In this document: one piece after another, positions 34,559 through 43,688 of the stretch
Layout: each line of letters opens with the position of its first letter
Numbering within the stretch: position 1 is the first letter of the stretch
NCBI GenBank assembly: GCA_030696455.1
Contig: JAUYSH010000120.1
Location: 42,317-106,316 of the forward strand
DNA from: Elusimicrobiota bacterium
GTDB lineage: Bacteria; Elusimicrobiota; Elusimicrobia; UBA1565; UBA9628
Length of the DNA: 64,000 nt
Direction of reading: 5' to 3'
Program-made: the position numbers and the translations under genes
The notes under the pieces: model-generated
Databases searched by the model: none
Told to the model about the DNA's origin: nothing
Seen by the model: the letters and a program-made list of their open reading frames with translations, nothing else

Positions 34559-35321
34559 CGCCCTCGCCGGCCTGCTGGCCCTGGGAGCCGGCTCCGCCCG
34601 GGGCGGCGAGGCGCTCGTCGTCGTGAGCGAGCCTCTCGCCCCGGCCTACCGAGAGGCGCTCGAAGGCGCGCGGGAGGAATGGGGGCGCCCGCTCGACGTC
34701 GCGGCCGCCGACGGGCTTTTTCCTCAGGGCCCGCCCGGCGTGATCATCGCGCTCGGCGGGAGCGCCGCTGCGTCGGCGCGACGGCACGGCGCCCCGCTGG
34801 TCGTGGCACTCGCCCCGTCCGACCGCGGCGCGACGGTCTTCATCGCGATGACCCCTTCGCCCGAACGTCTCGTGAGCCTCCTCGCCGCGCGAGGCGTGCG
34901 CCGCCTCCTCGCCGTGCGCGCGGCTCCGGCCGAGTCGGAGTTCTCCCGGCGGACGGTCGCCGCCGGACGAGCGGCCGGGGTCCGCATCGAGGCCGCCGTG
35001 CTTTCTTCGCCGCGCAGCATGCCTGGGCTGTTGCGCCGCGCCGGGATGAAGGCGGACGCGCTATGGCTCGCGCCCGATCCGGACTCGGTCACGCCCGGAA
35101 CCTTCGCCGCGGCGAGGGAGTTCTCGCGCGCCCGGGGAATTCCGTTCTTCGCGCCCGCCGCGGGGCTCGTTTCGGAAGAGAGCCTCGGCGACCTGGCCGT
35201 TTCCTTCCGCGACTGCGGACGGGAGGCCGCGCGCGCGGCCCGGGAGCTTCTCGCCGGGCGCCCCGTGGCGAAAGTCGTCTATCCCGGCGAGACCCCGGCG
35301 GCCGCCGATCCCCCCCGCTGA
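34548..35321 (+). CDS. Exported substrate-binding-like protein (ABC_sub_bind-like); start codon appears to be ACG
   Basis: AYREALEG, IIALGGSAA, DALWLAPD..V, IPFFA, GREAA; signal peptide encoded at 34548-34622, upstream of the ORF-track start. Confidence 0.6.
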   Translation, partial: TKSSALAGLLALGAGSARGGEALVVVSEPLAPAYREALEGAREEWGRPLDVAAADGLFPQGPPGVIIALGGSAAASARRHGAPLVVALAPSDRGATVFIAMTPSPERLVSLLAARGVRRLLAVRAAPAESEFSRRTVAAGRAAGVRIEAAVLSSPRSMPGLLRRAGMKADALWLAPDPDSVTPGTFAAAREFSRARGIPFFAPAAGLVSEESLGDLAVSFRDCGREAARAARELLAGRPVAKVVYPGETPAAADPPR

Positions 35322-36445
35322 CTCGCAAGCAGGGCGGCGATCTCGGAGACGGCGTCGTCGGCCGCGCCGGGGCGTCCCGCCGCCCGCGCGCGCTCGCTCA
35401 GCTCGGCGAGCGCCGCGCGGTCCAAGAGAAGGGCGGCCGCGGCCCGCGCGGCGCGCTCCGGGGAGCCGCCGTCGATCGCGGCGCCGGCTCCGAGGAGGAA
35501 GCGGGCGTTGGCCTCCTCCTGCCCCGGCAGCGGCTCCGTCAGGACCATGGGCAGGCCGGAGGCGAGGCTTTCGGCCGCGCTGAGCCCGCCGGGCTTGCCA
35601 ACGTGCAGGTCTGCGGCCGCCATCATGGCGGCGACGAGTTCCGAAGGCTGGGGGCCGAAGACGCGCAGGCGGGCGCCGGACTCGCGGTGAGCGCAGAGGG
35701 CCGCGCGAACGCGGTCGTTGGCGCCGCACAGGACGAGCAGGTGCGCGCGCGGGCTCGCGCTCAGGAGAGCGAGCGCCAGGCGGTCGAGGCCGCCAAGCCC
35801 CTTGCCGCCGCCCGACAGCAGGGCCGCCGGGGCCGACGGAGGCAGGGCCAAGAAGCGCCGCGCCTGCTCCCGGGGAAGGCGCTCCGCGAAGGCGGGGCTC
35901 ACGGGTATGCCGGTCGCGCGCAGGCGGCTTCGAGGGACGCCGTGCGCAGCCAAGGCGGCGACGGCGACTTCATCCGGCGCCAAGATGAGGTCGGCCGGCG
36001 GGTCGGCCCAGAACGGATGCGCGCCGTAGTCGGTGAGCACGGAGACGACCGGAATCTCGAGGTCTCCCCGCCGCCGGGCCTCGGCGAGCACGGCCGCCAC
36101 CGCGGCCTGAGGGCAGACGACGACCGCCGCGCCGGACCGGCGCACCCCCTTCCTCAGCCGCCGGGCGCCCCCGAGGCTCAGGTACGCGCCGCGCACGGCC
36201 TTCAGGACCGAACGGGCCCAGGGGCCGCGGTACAGCGCCCCGTACAGCCCCGGCGCCGCGCGAAGCAAGCCATGATAGCCTTGAGCGATGGCCGATCCGG
36301 CCGCCGGATGATGGTCCGCCGCTATGTTTATTGAAGAAAAGGCGAAGCCGGCCTTTCGGCCGGCCTCTTCGATGGCGAAGGCCGCCGCGGAGTGCCCGCT
36401 CGGCTGATAGCCGTAGACGAGCAGCGCCCGCGACGCCTCGTTCAA
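35279..36445 (-). CDS. MGDG synthase/UgtP-like glycosyltransferase (GT28)
   Basis: SGHSAAAFAI, VLTDYGAHPFW, TGIPV, GGGKG, GKPGGLSAAE, PGQEEANA. Confidence 0.9.
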   Translation of the reverse strand: MNEASRALLVYGYQPSGHSAAAFAIEEAGRKAGFAFSSINIAADHHPAAGSAIAQGYHGLLRAAPGLYGALYRGPWARSVLKAVRGAYLSLGGARRLRKGVRRSGAAVVVCPQAAVAAVLAEARRRGDLEIPVVSVLTDYGAHPFWADPPADLILAPDEVAVAALAAHGVPRSRLRATGIPVSPAFAERLPREQARRFLALPPSAPAALLSGGGKGLGGLDRLALALLSASPRAHLLVLCGANDRVRAALCAHRESGARLRVFGPQPSELVAAMMAAADLHVGKPGGLSAAESLASGLPMVLTEPLPGQEEANARFLLGAGAAIDGGSPERAARAAAALLLDRAALAELSERARAAGRPGAADDAVSEIAALLASQRGGSAAAGVSPG

Positions 36446-36449
36446 TCGA

Positions 36450-37046
36450 TTAAAGGTCCTTCGCTTCCTTCAGCTCTTCGTATCGCTTCGGATTCTTCGT
36501 CTTGAGCTGGTCGATGAGGCCCTTGCGGTGCGCCGCCCAAGCCTTGGCGTTCTCTCCGGTCTTGCGCTTGATCGAGTCGTAGGCGAGGAACTCATAGATG
36601 GACTTGCCGTCGGCCTTCTGGATGCCGCAGCCGGGCTTGTTCATCATGCGCTTGACGTAGCGGCTCCAGATCTTCGTCTCGATCTGCCACACGGAGGCGT
36701 CGGTGAACAGCTCGGGCTGGGCCTTTTTGAGGGCGGCGAGCGCGGCCTCCTGCTTCTTATCGTCGATGCCGCCTTCGGGCTCGACGAAGCGGCTGTTGAG
36801 CGGCCGCGCTGCGGAATGGCACTGGGCGCAGCCGCCCTTCGTGCTGATCATCTTCTTGTACCCGGCCTGGACGTTGGCGGGGTAGGTCTTGAGCAGCGCG
36901 TCGGGGATCGTCTCCGGCCCGAAATCGTTCGGATACGGATTGGTGAGAGCCTTTTCCTTCTCCGTCATCTCGGCCGCGCGAACGGGCGACGCGAAGGCCG
37001 CGCCCAGCAGGGCGACGGCGGCAAGCAACGTCAATTTGCGGTTCAT
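36450..37046 (-). CDS. Monoheme c-type cytochrome, exported
   Basis: Signal peptide; CAQCH; WSRYVKRMMNKPG (candidate axial Met); follows the Rieske/cytb genes. Confidence 0.85.
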   Translation of the reverse strand: MNRKLTLLAAVALLGAAFASPVRAAEMTEKEKALTNPYPNDFGPETIPDALLKTYPANVQAGYKKMISTKGGCAQCHSAARPLNSRFVEPEGGIDDKKQEAALAALKKAQPELFTDASVWQIETKIWSRYVKRMMNKPGCGIQKADGKSIYEFLAYDSIKRKTGENAKAWAAHRKGLIDQLKTKNPKRYEELKEAKDL

Positions 37047-37075
37047 ATTTATTCCCCCTAAGTGGTACGGCGTCG

Positions 37076-38461
37076 TTAAAACCCGCTGTCGTCCTTATCG
37101 GCGATGCTGATCAGCCAGGTCGCGAGGTCCTCGAGCTCCTTCTTGGAGATCTTACCTTTCCAACCGGGCATATAGACCATCGGCATGGGGCCTTTCGGGC
37201 TCCACTTCTGGACTTCGCCGGCCGGCACGCCCGCCTCGATCTTGTGGATGAGCTCGTCCTTCGTGTAGGTCCCCACGAGCTTGGGCAAGGTCGGCTCGGC
37301 GCCGAGGTTCATCTGGGCCAACTGCTCATCTTCTTAGAGCTTCTCATCGTACTCCTTCTGGCCCTCGCCCGCCGCGTTGAAGCGGCGCCGGCCCTGCTTG
37401 GCGTCGAGGCCGTGGCAGCCTTGGCAGCCGTACTTCTCATAGACCCGCTTGCCGTTCGCCGCGCCCGTCAGCTGCGGCTCGCGCGCTTTCGCCGCCGTCA
37501 CATGGTAGCGGTACGGGATGATCTCTTCCTTGGTCAGGCCCGAGAGGTAGGTGGTGATCGCCTCGGCGCCCTCGGCGCTGAGCTCCTCGCGGAAGTCGGG
37601 CATGCCCGACGGCGGGATCGGCTCGGCGTTGTAGTGCGCGAACGGGTCGTTGGGCGTGACGGCGGCCGGATCGTTGACGAGGTGGGCGCGGATCCAGTTC
37701 TGGAGGTTCCAGTGGTTGTTATGGTGCTCGTTGGGCAATTCCTTGCCGTCGATGCGGATCTTCTTGAAGTTGTAGCCCGCGATGCGCTCGAAGGGCTTGT
37801 CGGCGATGTCGCCGAGTTCGACGGAAACGACGCCGCCCACGCCGTTGATCGCGTGGCAGCCCTGGCAGCCGTGCTTATTGAACAGCTTCTTGCCTTCGGC
37901 CGCGATCTCCGCGCCCTTGAGGGTCTCGAAGTTGTCGTGGCACTTCACGCAGGAGCCCTGGATGGTGGCGCCCTTGAGCATGGGCTTTTCCCAGTGCTTG
38001 ACCCAGCCGTGGGCGGCGTCCACCTGTGTCGCGAGCCCCTGGCCGGAGTGGCACGAGGTGCAGCCGAACTTGGAGAACGGGTGAGCCTTGATCAGCGCCG
38101 TGTCCACCTTCGGGTGGGCCTTGTACGGATGCTCGGTGAAGCTGTTCTTGAGCGTGGTGTTCGTGTACTCGTCCATGCCCACGTGACAGGTCACGCAGCG
38201 GTCGAAGCGCCCCAGATCGTTCGCGATGATCTGCTTGATCTCGAGCGGCGTGCGGCGCATCTTGCGCGCCTCGGCCTTAAGCTCCGCGGCCTTCTTCTCG
38301 TCCTTCTCGGCCGCCGCCTGCTTCTCCATCTCGTCGGCGGCCATTTGGTAGTACTGCTTCTGGTACGGCTTCCACTCCGCGTTGAAGTCCTTGGCGAAGG
38401 CCCAGACGAAGGCCGCCAGCATCAGCGCGTTGGAGGCGATAAAGGCTTTTCGGTAGCTCAT
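37076..38461 (-). pseudogene. Membrane-anchored pentaheme cytochrome c of the Rieske/cytb complex, interrupted by in-frame TAA at 37336-37334
   Basis: CVTCH, CTSCH, CVKCH, CQGCH, CQGCH. ORFs 37334-38461 and 37076-37321 are in the same frame (EKL*EDEQLAQMNL); the joined C-terminus aligns with the second domain of 7141-7839. Confidence 0.8.
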
Positions 38462-38462
38462 G

Positions 38463-40118
38463 TCAGAAGTTCATGCTGAGCGCGGGGATGGTCAGCACGT
38501 ATTTGATGTCGAAGGCGAGGCTCGCGCACATCTTAAGAAGAATGCTCATCGTGCTGGTCACCAGGACCATCGTGACGAGATACCTCGGCCAGTCCAACGT
38601 CCGGATGTGCCGCTGCGGCAGGACGAAGCCGTAATAGAAGGAGGCGCCGACCAGGAACAGCAGGAAGCCCGCCTGGGTCGCGTTCATGCGGCCCATGGCC
38701 ATCCCGACCGCGGCGAACAGCGCCAAGAGGCCCAGGAAGCCGCCCATCAGCTTCTTGCCGTCGAGCTCCTTCTGGATCAGCTTCGGCAGAAGCATCCACG
38801 CGGCGCCGACCGCGCCGAGCAGCGGGATGCCGATGAGCATGCTGTAGGCTCCCACTCCCTTCGGGCCGAACACGCTCCAGGTGGGAGGCGGCGCGGGCTT
38901 ATTGAGGAACCAGGACTCCCACGGCCAGTACCACGCGTAGTTCGGCCCGCGCAGGGCGTAGCCGATGTAGATCAGCGCGAACCACATCACGACGCCGAGC
39001 ATGAACATGGTGTTCGCGAACGGGCGCTCCTTCCAGGCGTAATAGCCGACGCCTTTCGGGTTCGTGTCGATGTAAGGAATGGCGATCAAGCCGACGACGA
39101 TCAGCCCGGGCATGACGACGCCGGCGATCCACGGGTCGAAGTACACGAGCAGTTCCTGCAGGCCGACGAAATACCAGGGGGCCTTGGAGGGGTTCGTGGT
39201 GACATTGGGGTTGGCGATCGCCTCGAGCGGGGCGTCCTGCAGGATCGACCAGATCATGATGAAGATCACGGTCGCCGCGGCGGCGATGTACTCGCGCTTG
39301 ACGAGGTGCGGCCACACGTCCACCTTCTCCTCGTTGGCGACGTAGGGCGCGGCCGAGAAGCTGTCCTTGCGGATCCTCCAAAAGTGCAGAATAAGAAGGA
39401 TGCCGACGACGAGCGGCACCGCCACGCAGTGCATGACATAGAAGCGCAGGAGCGTGTTCTCGCCGACCATGGTGCCGCCGAGCAAGGTGAAGCGGACGTC
39501 GTTGTTGATGCGCATGCCCATCAGCGAGCCCAGGGGGCCCTCGTTGCCGAGGACGGGGGTGGCGCCGGCCATGTTCGTGCCGACGGTGACGGCCCAGATA
39601 GCCAGCTGGTCCCAGGGCAGCAGGTAGCCGGTGAACGAGAGGAACAATGTCAAGGTGAGCAGAAGGACGCCGATGCCCCAGTTGAACTCGCGGGGCTTCT
39701 TGTACGCGCCGGTCAGGAACACGCGCACCATGTGCGCGATGACGGCCACGACCATCGCCTGGGCGGCCCAGCGATGGGCGTTGCGCAGGAACATGCCGAG
39801 CGTGACCGCGAACTCGAGGTCCTTGATGTCGCGATAGGCCAGTCCAATAGTGGGTCTGTAGTAAAACATCAGCGCCACGCCGGTGAGCGTCAGGATCAGG
39901 TACAGCGCGAAGGAGATGCCGCCCATGCCCCAGGTGTAGAGCCACTCGAGGGCGCGAGGGCGGACCTTGACGGGGTGAAGGTGGAGCCAGACGTTGCCGA
40001 TGATGTGGCCGGCGCGGTCGCGCGGGGTGTCCTTCCAGACGCCGCCGCGGAAGACGGACCGCCAGAGCTGGGAGTCGATGATCTCTTTCTTGATCTTCTC
40101 GAGGTCTAACGTGGGCAT
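38463..40118 (-). CDS. petB: Cytochrome b of Rieske/cytb complex (cytochrome b6-like plus subunit IV-like in one chain)
   Basis: [57 protein letters not shown]. Confidence 0.93.
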   Translation of the reverse strand: MPTLDLEKIKKEIIDSQLWRSVFRGGVWKDTPRDRAGHIIGNVWLHLHPVKVRPRALEWLYTWGMGGISFALYLILTLTGVALMFYYRPTIGLAYRDIKDLEFAVTLGMFLRNAHRWAAQAMVVAVIAHMVRVFLTGAYKKPREFNWGIGVLLLTLTLFLSFTGYLLPWDQLAIWAVTVGTNMAGATPVLGNEGPLGSLMGMRINNDVRFTLLGGTMVGENTLLRFYVMHCVAVPLVVGILLILHFWRIRKDSFSAAPYVANEEKVDVWPHLVKREYIAAAATVIFIMIWSILQDAPLEAIANPNVTTNPSKAPWYFVGLQELLVYFDPWIAGVVMPGLIVVGLIAIPYIDTNPKGVGYYAWKERPFANTMFMLGVVMWFALIYIGYALRGPNYAWYWPWESWFLNKPAPPPTWSVFGPKGVGAYSMLIGIPLLGAVGAAWMLLPKLIQKELDGKKLMGGFLGLLALFAAVGMAMGRMNATQAGFLLFLVGASFYYGFVLPQRHIRTLDWPRYLVTMVLVTSTMSILLKMCASLAFDIKYVLTIPALSMNF

Positions 40119-40131
40119 TATTTTATAGTCC

Positions 40132-40707
40132 TCAGGCGGACGCGTAGTTCGCGAAATAGGGTGCGTGCTCGCGCTTGCCGGGCTTGTTCTCGAGGATGGC
40201 CTTGTCGACGATCAGATCACCCGTCGCAGCCAGCTCGACCTTGGTGCGCCACAGCGGCATCGGCGCGGGGCCGGCGATCACGTCGCCGCCGAGCGTGAAG
40301 TTGGAGCCGTGGCACGGACACTTGAAGCGGTTCTGGTCGTCCCACCAGTTGGGCGTGCAGCCGAGGTGCGTGCAACGCGCCCACATCGCGTAAAAGCCGG
40401 AAGGCGTCCGCACGATCCAGACGCGCTGCTCGTTGAGCCACTTCGTGGAGACGCCGACGTCGTAGCTCGCGGCGGGTCCCGCGTTGAACTTCTGCGACGG
40501 CTCGTAGATCACGTTCGGGAACATGAAGCGGGCGCCGGCGGCCGCGGAGGCGGCGAAGAAGGCGGCGAGCATGCCCCAGCCGGCCCAGAGGAAGTCTCCG
40601 CGCGAGATGGGCTTGACGGGGGCGGGCGCCGCAGGCGCGGGGGCCGTCGCGGCGGGCGCGGGCTTCGGGTCGGAGTCGGGAGCCGGATTCGGAGTGGGTT
40701 CGCTCAT
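40132..40707 (-). CDS. Rieske [2Fe-2S] subunit
   Basis: CTHLGC and CPCHGS boxes, GPAP.PL; N-terminal TM anchor. Confidence 0.95.
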   Translation of the reverse strand: MSEPTPNPAPDSDPKPAPAATAPAPAAPAPVKPISRGDFLWAGWGMLAAFFAASAAAGARFMFPNVIYEPSQKFNAGPAASYDVGVSTKWLNEQRVWIVRTPSGFYAMWARCTHLGCTPNWWDDQNRFKCPCHGSNFTLGGDVIAGPAPMPLWRTKVELAATGDLIVDKAILENKPGKREHAPYFANYASA

Positions 40708-40768
40708 TTTTGTCGTTTCTTACCTATGCCAGTTTTGAGAAAAAGTTAACGCGAAGCGTCACAAACTA

Positions 40769-41716
40769 TCAATTAGCGCGAGCTCCTGTCAAACCGCCTC
40801 GTCCGGCGCGCTCCGCGTCGGCCGCCCGTTCGAGGACCCAGGCGTCGAAGCCGTCGTGGGGCATCAAAGTCTCGCCGCTCCAGGCGTAGTCGAGCCCGGC
40901 GAGATCCTTGACGATCTTGCGCTCGATGCCGCCGCGGGCGATCAGCACCGGCAGCACGAGGGCGCGGGACTTCTCCCCCTTCGCGCCCGCGACCATGGCG
41001 CGTATCTCGGCGACGGCGGCCGCGCGGATCGCCGGCGCGGCGTCGTCGCGCAGCAGGCCGTAGCCGCAGCTGCGGAAGCTCTTCAGCGCCCCGCACAGCG
41101 AGCGCATCGAGCCTCTCCAAGACTCGAGGGCCGCCTCGTCGACGGGACCGTGCGCGACGAGGACCACCCGCTCGCGCGCCGGGTCCCGGCTCAGCGCCTT
41201 GGCGCGCGCGTTGAGGATGCGGCCGACGAGCTCGTGATCGTCGAGAGCTCGGGCCAGGGCGATGGGCCGGCGCGCCTTGACCCGCTCCGTGGAGAACTCC
41301 ATCGAATGGCCGTGGGCCGGCGCGGCGTGAGCGCCGTGCGCGGCGTGAGCGCCGTGGGCCTTGGCCATGCGCTCGAGCCCGGCCCGCAGCGCCTCGGACG
41401 GCGTGTCCGAGAGCCCGAGCGCGTAGGCCGTCTGATCGAGCACCTCGGAGCGGCTTTGCACGAACAGGGGCACGGCGACGATGCGCGCGACCTTGCGCTT
41501 CTCGAGGCGATCGACCGCGGCCTGAAGCGACTTCGGGTCGGCCATCCCGAGCGCGGTCTCGGTCGGGACCTTCGCGTTCACGCGGACGCGGAGGTCCTCG
41601 ACCTCCTTGTTCCACGAAGCGTCCCCCCCGTGCGCGAGAAGGAGTATGCCGTACGGGGCCTTCGCGCGGGCGGGCGCGGCGAGGAGCAGGAGCGACAGGA
41701 CCGCCGCGGACCTCAT
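40769..41716 (-). CDS. CbiX/SirB-like class II chelatase-fold protein with signal peptide and His-rich insert
   Basis: Two halves (LLLAHGG, VLVAHGP), IVAVPLFV, ALDDH; AHGAHAAHGAHAAPAHGH. Confidence 0.75.
   Translation of the reverse strand: MRSAAVLSLLLLAAPARAKAPYGILLLAHGGDASWNKEVEDLRVRVNAKVPTETALGMADPKSLQAAVDRLEKRKVARIVAVPLFVQSRSEVLDQTAYALGLSDTPSEALRAGLERMAKAHGAHAAHGAHAAPAHGHSMEFSTERVKARRPIALARALDDHELVGRILNARAKALSRDPARERVVLVAHGPVDEAALESWRGSMRSLCGALKSFRSCGYGLLRDDAAPAIRAAAVAEIRAMVAGAKGEKSRALVLPVLIARGGIERKIVKDLAGLDYAWSGETLMPHDGFDAWVLERAADAERAGRGGLTGARAN
41321..41356. repeat. 18-bp tandem duplication encoding HGAHAA x2
   Basis: CGCGGCGTGAGCGCCGTG occurs twice in tandem. Confidence 0.8.
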
Positions 41717-42792
41717 CCGGGATATTCCGCGTCTAAGACCCGACCATCCGTTCGGTCGGCGTGCTTGAGGCTGAGCTCAGGGCCCGACGACAGGGACCGC
41801 GCCCAGGCGGCGAACTCGGCGGCCTTGGCGTCGACGATGCGGCGCGCCGCGGCGACGGCCTCCGCACGCGAGGCCATGTTCTTGGCGACGATCGCCTCGA
41901 GGTCCTCGAGGCGGTATAAATACACGCCATCGATCGCGTGCACCGACTCCTCGATGTCGCGCGGCATCGCGATGTCGATCAGGAACAGCGAGCGTCCCCC
42001 GCGGCGGCGCACGGCCTCCGACACGATGGCGCGCGTGAGCACCGCGGCCGGCGCGCCGGTCGAGGAGATGACGACGTCGGCGCGCTCGAGCTCGGCGGGG
42101 AAGGTCTCCCACTTGACGGCCTCGCCCTGGTAGCGGGCGGCCAACTGATAGGCGCGGTCCCAGGTGCGGTTGGCGACGACGAGCTTGCTGACGCCGCGCG
42201 CGGCGAGGTGCTTGGCGGCGAGCTCGGACATCGCCCCCGCTCCCAGGATCAGCGCGCACTTCCCCTCGAGACGGCCGAAGATGGTCTCGGCCAGCTGGAC
42301 GGCGACGGAGGGGACCGACAAGGAGCCGGAGGCGAGCGCGGTCTCGGTGCGGACCTTCTTCCCGACGAACAACGCGCGCTGGAACAGCACATTGAGGCGC
42401 TTGCCGGTCATGCCCGCGGCCATCGCCTTCTCGTAGCCGGTCTTCACCTGGCCGAGGATCTCGGTCTCGCCCACGACCAGGGAGTCGAGGCCCGCGGCGA
42501 CCGCTAAGAGATGGTCGACCGCGGCGGCGTCCTCCCGGATCTCGGCCTGCGGGCCGAGGCTCGTTTCCGCCAGCTCCTCGAGGATGGCGACCAGCCCCGC
42601 CGCCGCCAGGTCCTGATCGGCTTGCCCGGCGACATATAATTCGAAGCGGTTGCAGGTGGACACCGCGACGGCCTCCGCGAAGCCGCGCGTCTTGAGCTCG
42701 AGCAGCACCCGCTCCACGGGGACGGAGGCGAGCGCCTCGCGCGCCGCGCACACGCGGTCGCGATGGCTCCAGCTCAGGCAAACGAGCTTCAC
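41713..42792 (-). CDS. hemA: Glutamyl-tRNA reductase (short C-terminus)
   Basis: STCNRFELY, GLDSLVVGETEILGQVK, GAGAM, ANRT, DIAMPRDI; GTG start at 42792. Confidence 0.95.
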   Translation of the reverse strand: MKLVCLSWSHRDRVCAAREALASVPVERVLLELKTRGFAEAVAVSTCNRFELYVAGQADQDLAAAGLVAILEELAETSLGPQAEIREDAAAVDHLLAVAAGLDSLVVGETEILGQVKTGYEKAMAAGMTGKRLNVLFQRALFVGKKVRTETALASGSLSVPSVAVQLAETIFGRLEGKCALILGAGAMSELAAKHLAARGVSKLVVANRTWDRAYQLAARYQGEAVKWETFPAELERADVVISSTGAPAAVLTRAIVSEAVRRRGGRSLFLIDIAMPRDIEESVHAIDGVYLYRLEDLEAIVAKNMASRAEAVAAARRIVDAKAAEFAAWARSLSSGPELSLKHADRTDGRVLDAEYPG

Positions 42793-43637
42793 TTCCCCCC
42801 CAGGTAGTCGTGGCTGTCGGAGAAGACCCCGGCGCCGAAGAAGGTCAGCAGGATGCACGCGAAGCCGGCCATGGACACGTAGACGGGGGTGCGTCCGCGC
42901 CGGCCGGAGACGTAGCGCAGCCAGATGAACGCGGCGTAGAATCCGACCGTGACCAGCGACATGATCTCTTTGGCGTCCCCGGACCAGGCTCGGCCCGAGG
43001 ACTGGTACGCCCACACGGCGCCCATCACCAGGCCGAGGACGAGGATGGGAAGCGTGATGGCGATGATGCGGCTGTTGAGGGCGTCGAGCTCGTCGAGAGA
43101 GGGCAGCCGGTAGCACAGCTCGCTCGGCGTGCGCGACTTGATCTGGCGCTCCTGGATCAGCAGCGCCAGGGCCACGCCGAAGGCGTTGGTGAACGTGGCG
43201 TAGGCGGTCATCAGAATCATCGGATGAATATTGAGCCAGTAGCTGCGCAGCTTGGGCTCGAGCGGCGCGAGCTCGGGATTGGCCAGGATCACGGCGAGGC
43301 CGAGGCCGAGGGCGGCCATGGGCAGGACGAAGGCCCCGAGTATGCCCAGGTGCCGTCTGACCTCGATCGTGAAGAACGCGCCGGCCAGGGCGAAGGACAT
43401 GTAGGAAAGCGCGCCGAAGAAGTTGTTGATCGGCAGGAACCAGCGGTTCTCCGGGAAGGCCCAGAACGCGGCGAGGTGGATGCCGAAGGAGAGGAACTGC
43501 AGGACGAGGCCGCAGCCGACGAAGGTCAGCATGAGACGGCTGGCGCGCTCGTTCTTCGTCAGAAGGTAATGGAGGGCCGCGACGGAGGCGGCGGCGTAGA
43601 GAGCGAACGCGGACCACGATAGGACCATCTTGATCAT
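42789..43637 (-). CDS. ccsA: Cytochrome c assembly family protein (CcsA/HemX-like)
   Basis: WLNIH, LPSLDELD, GAVWAYQSSGRAWSGDAKE (degenerate WWD motif), C-terminal His; upstream of hemA. Confidence 0.85.
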   Translation of the reverse strand: MIKMVLSWSAFALYAAASVAALHYLLTKNERASRLMLTFVGCGLVLQFLSFGIHLAAFWAFPENRWFLPINNFFGALSYMSFALAGAFFTIEVRRHLGILGAFVLPMAALGLGLAVILANPELAPLEPKLRSYWLNIHPMILMTAYATFTNAFGVALALLIQERQIKSRTPSELCYRLPSLDELDALNSRIIAITLPILVLGLVMGAVWAYQSSGRAWSGDAKEIMSLVTVGFYAAFIWLRYVSGRRGRTPVYVSMAGFACILLTFFGAGVFSDSHDYLGGK

Positions 43638-43688
43638 GCCGGAGACTATTCTAGCATGTGGCTGAAGGGCGCCGCGAGAGCGGCGGGG

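Noticed and set aside
37334..37336. Stop-codon reassignment, selenocysteine or pyrrolysine at the cytochrome stop
   Set aside because: The codon is TAA, not TGA or TAG, and TAA ends normal genes at 4011, 13503 and 48486.
40745..40765. Rex/CRP-like site upstream of the Rieske gene
   Set aside because: Only one convincing half-site (TTGTGA on the minus strand).
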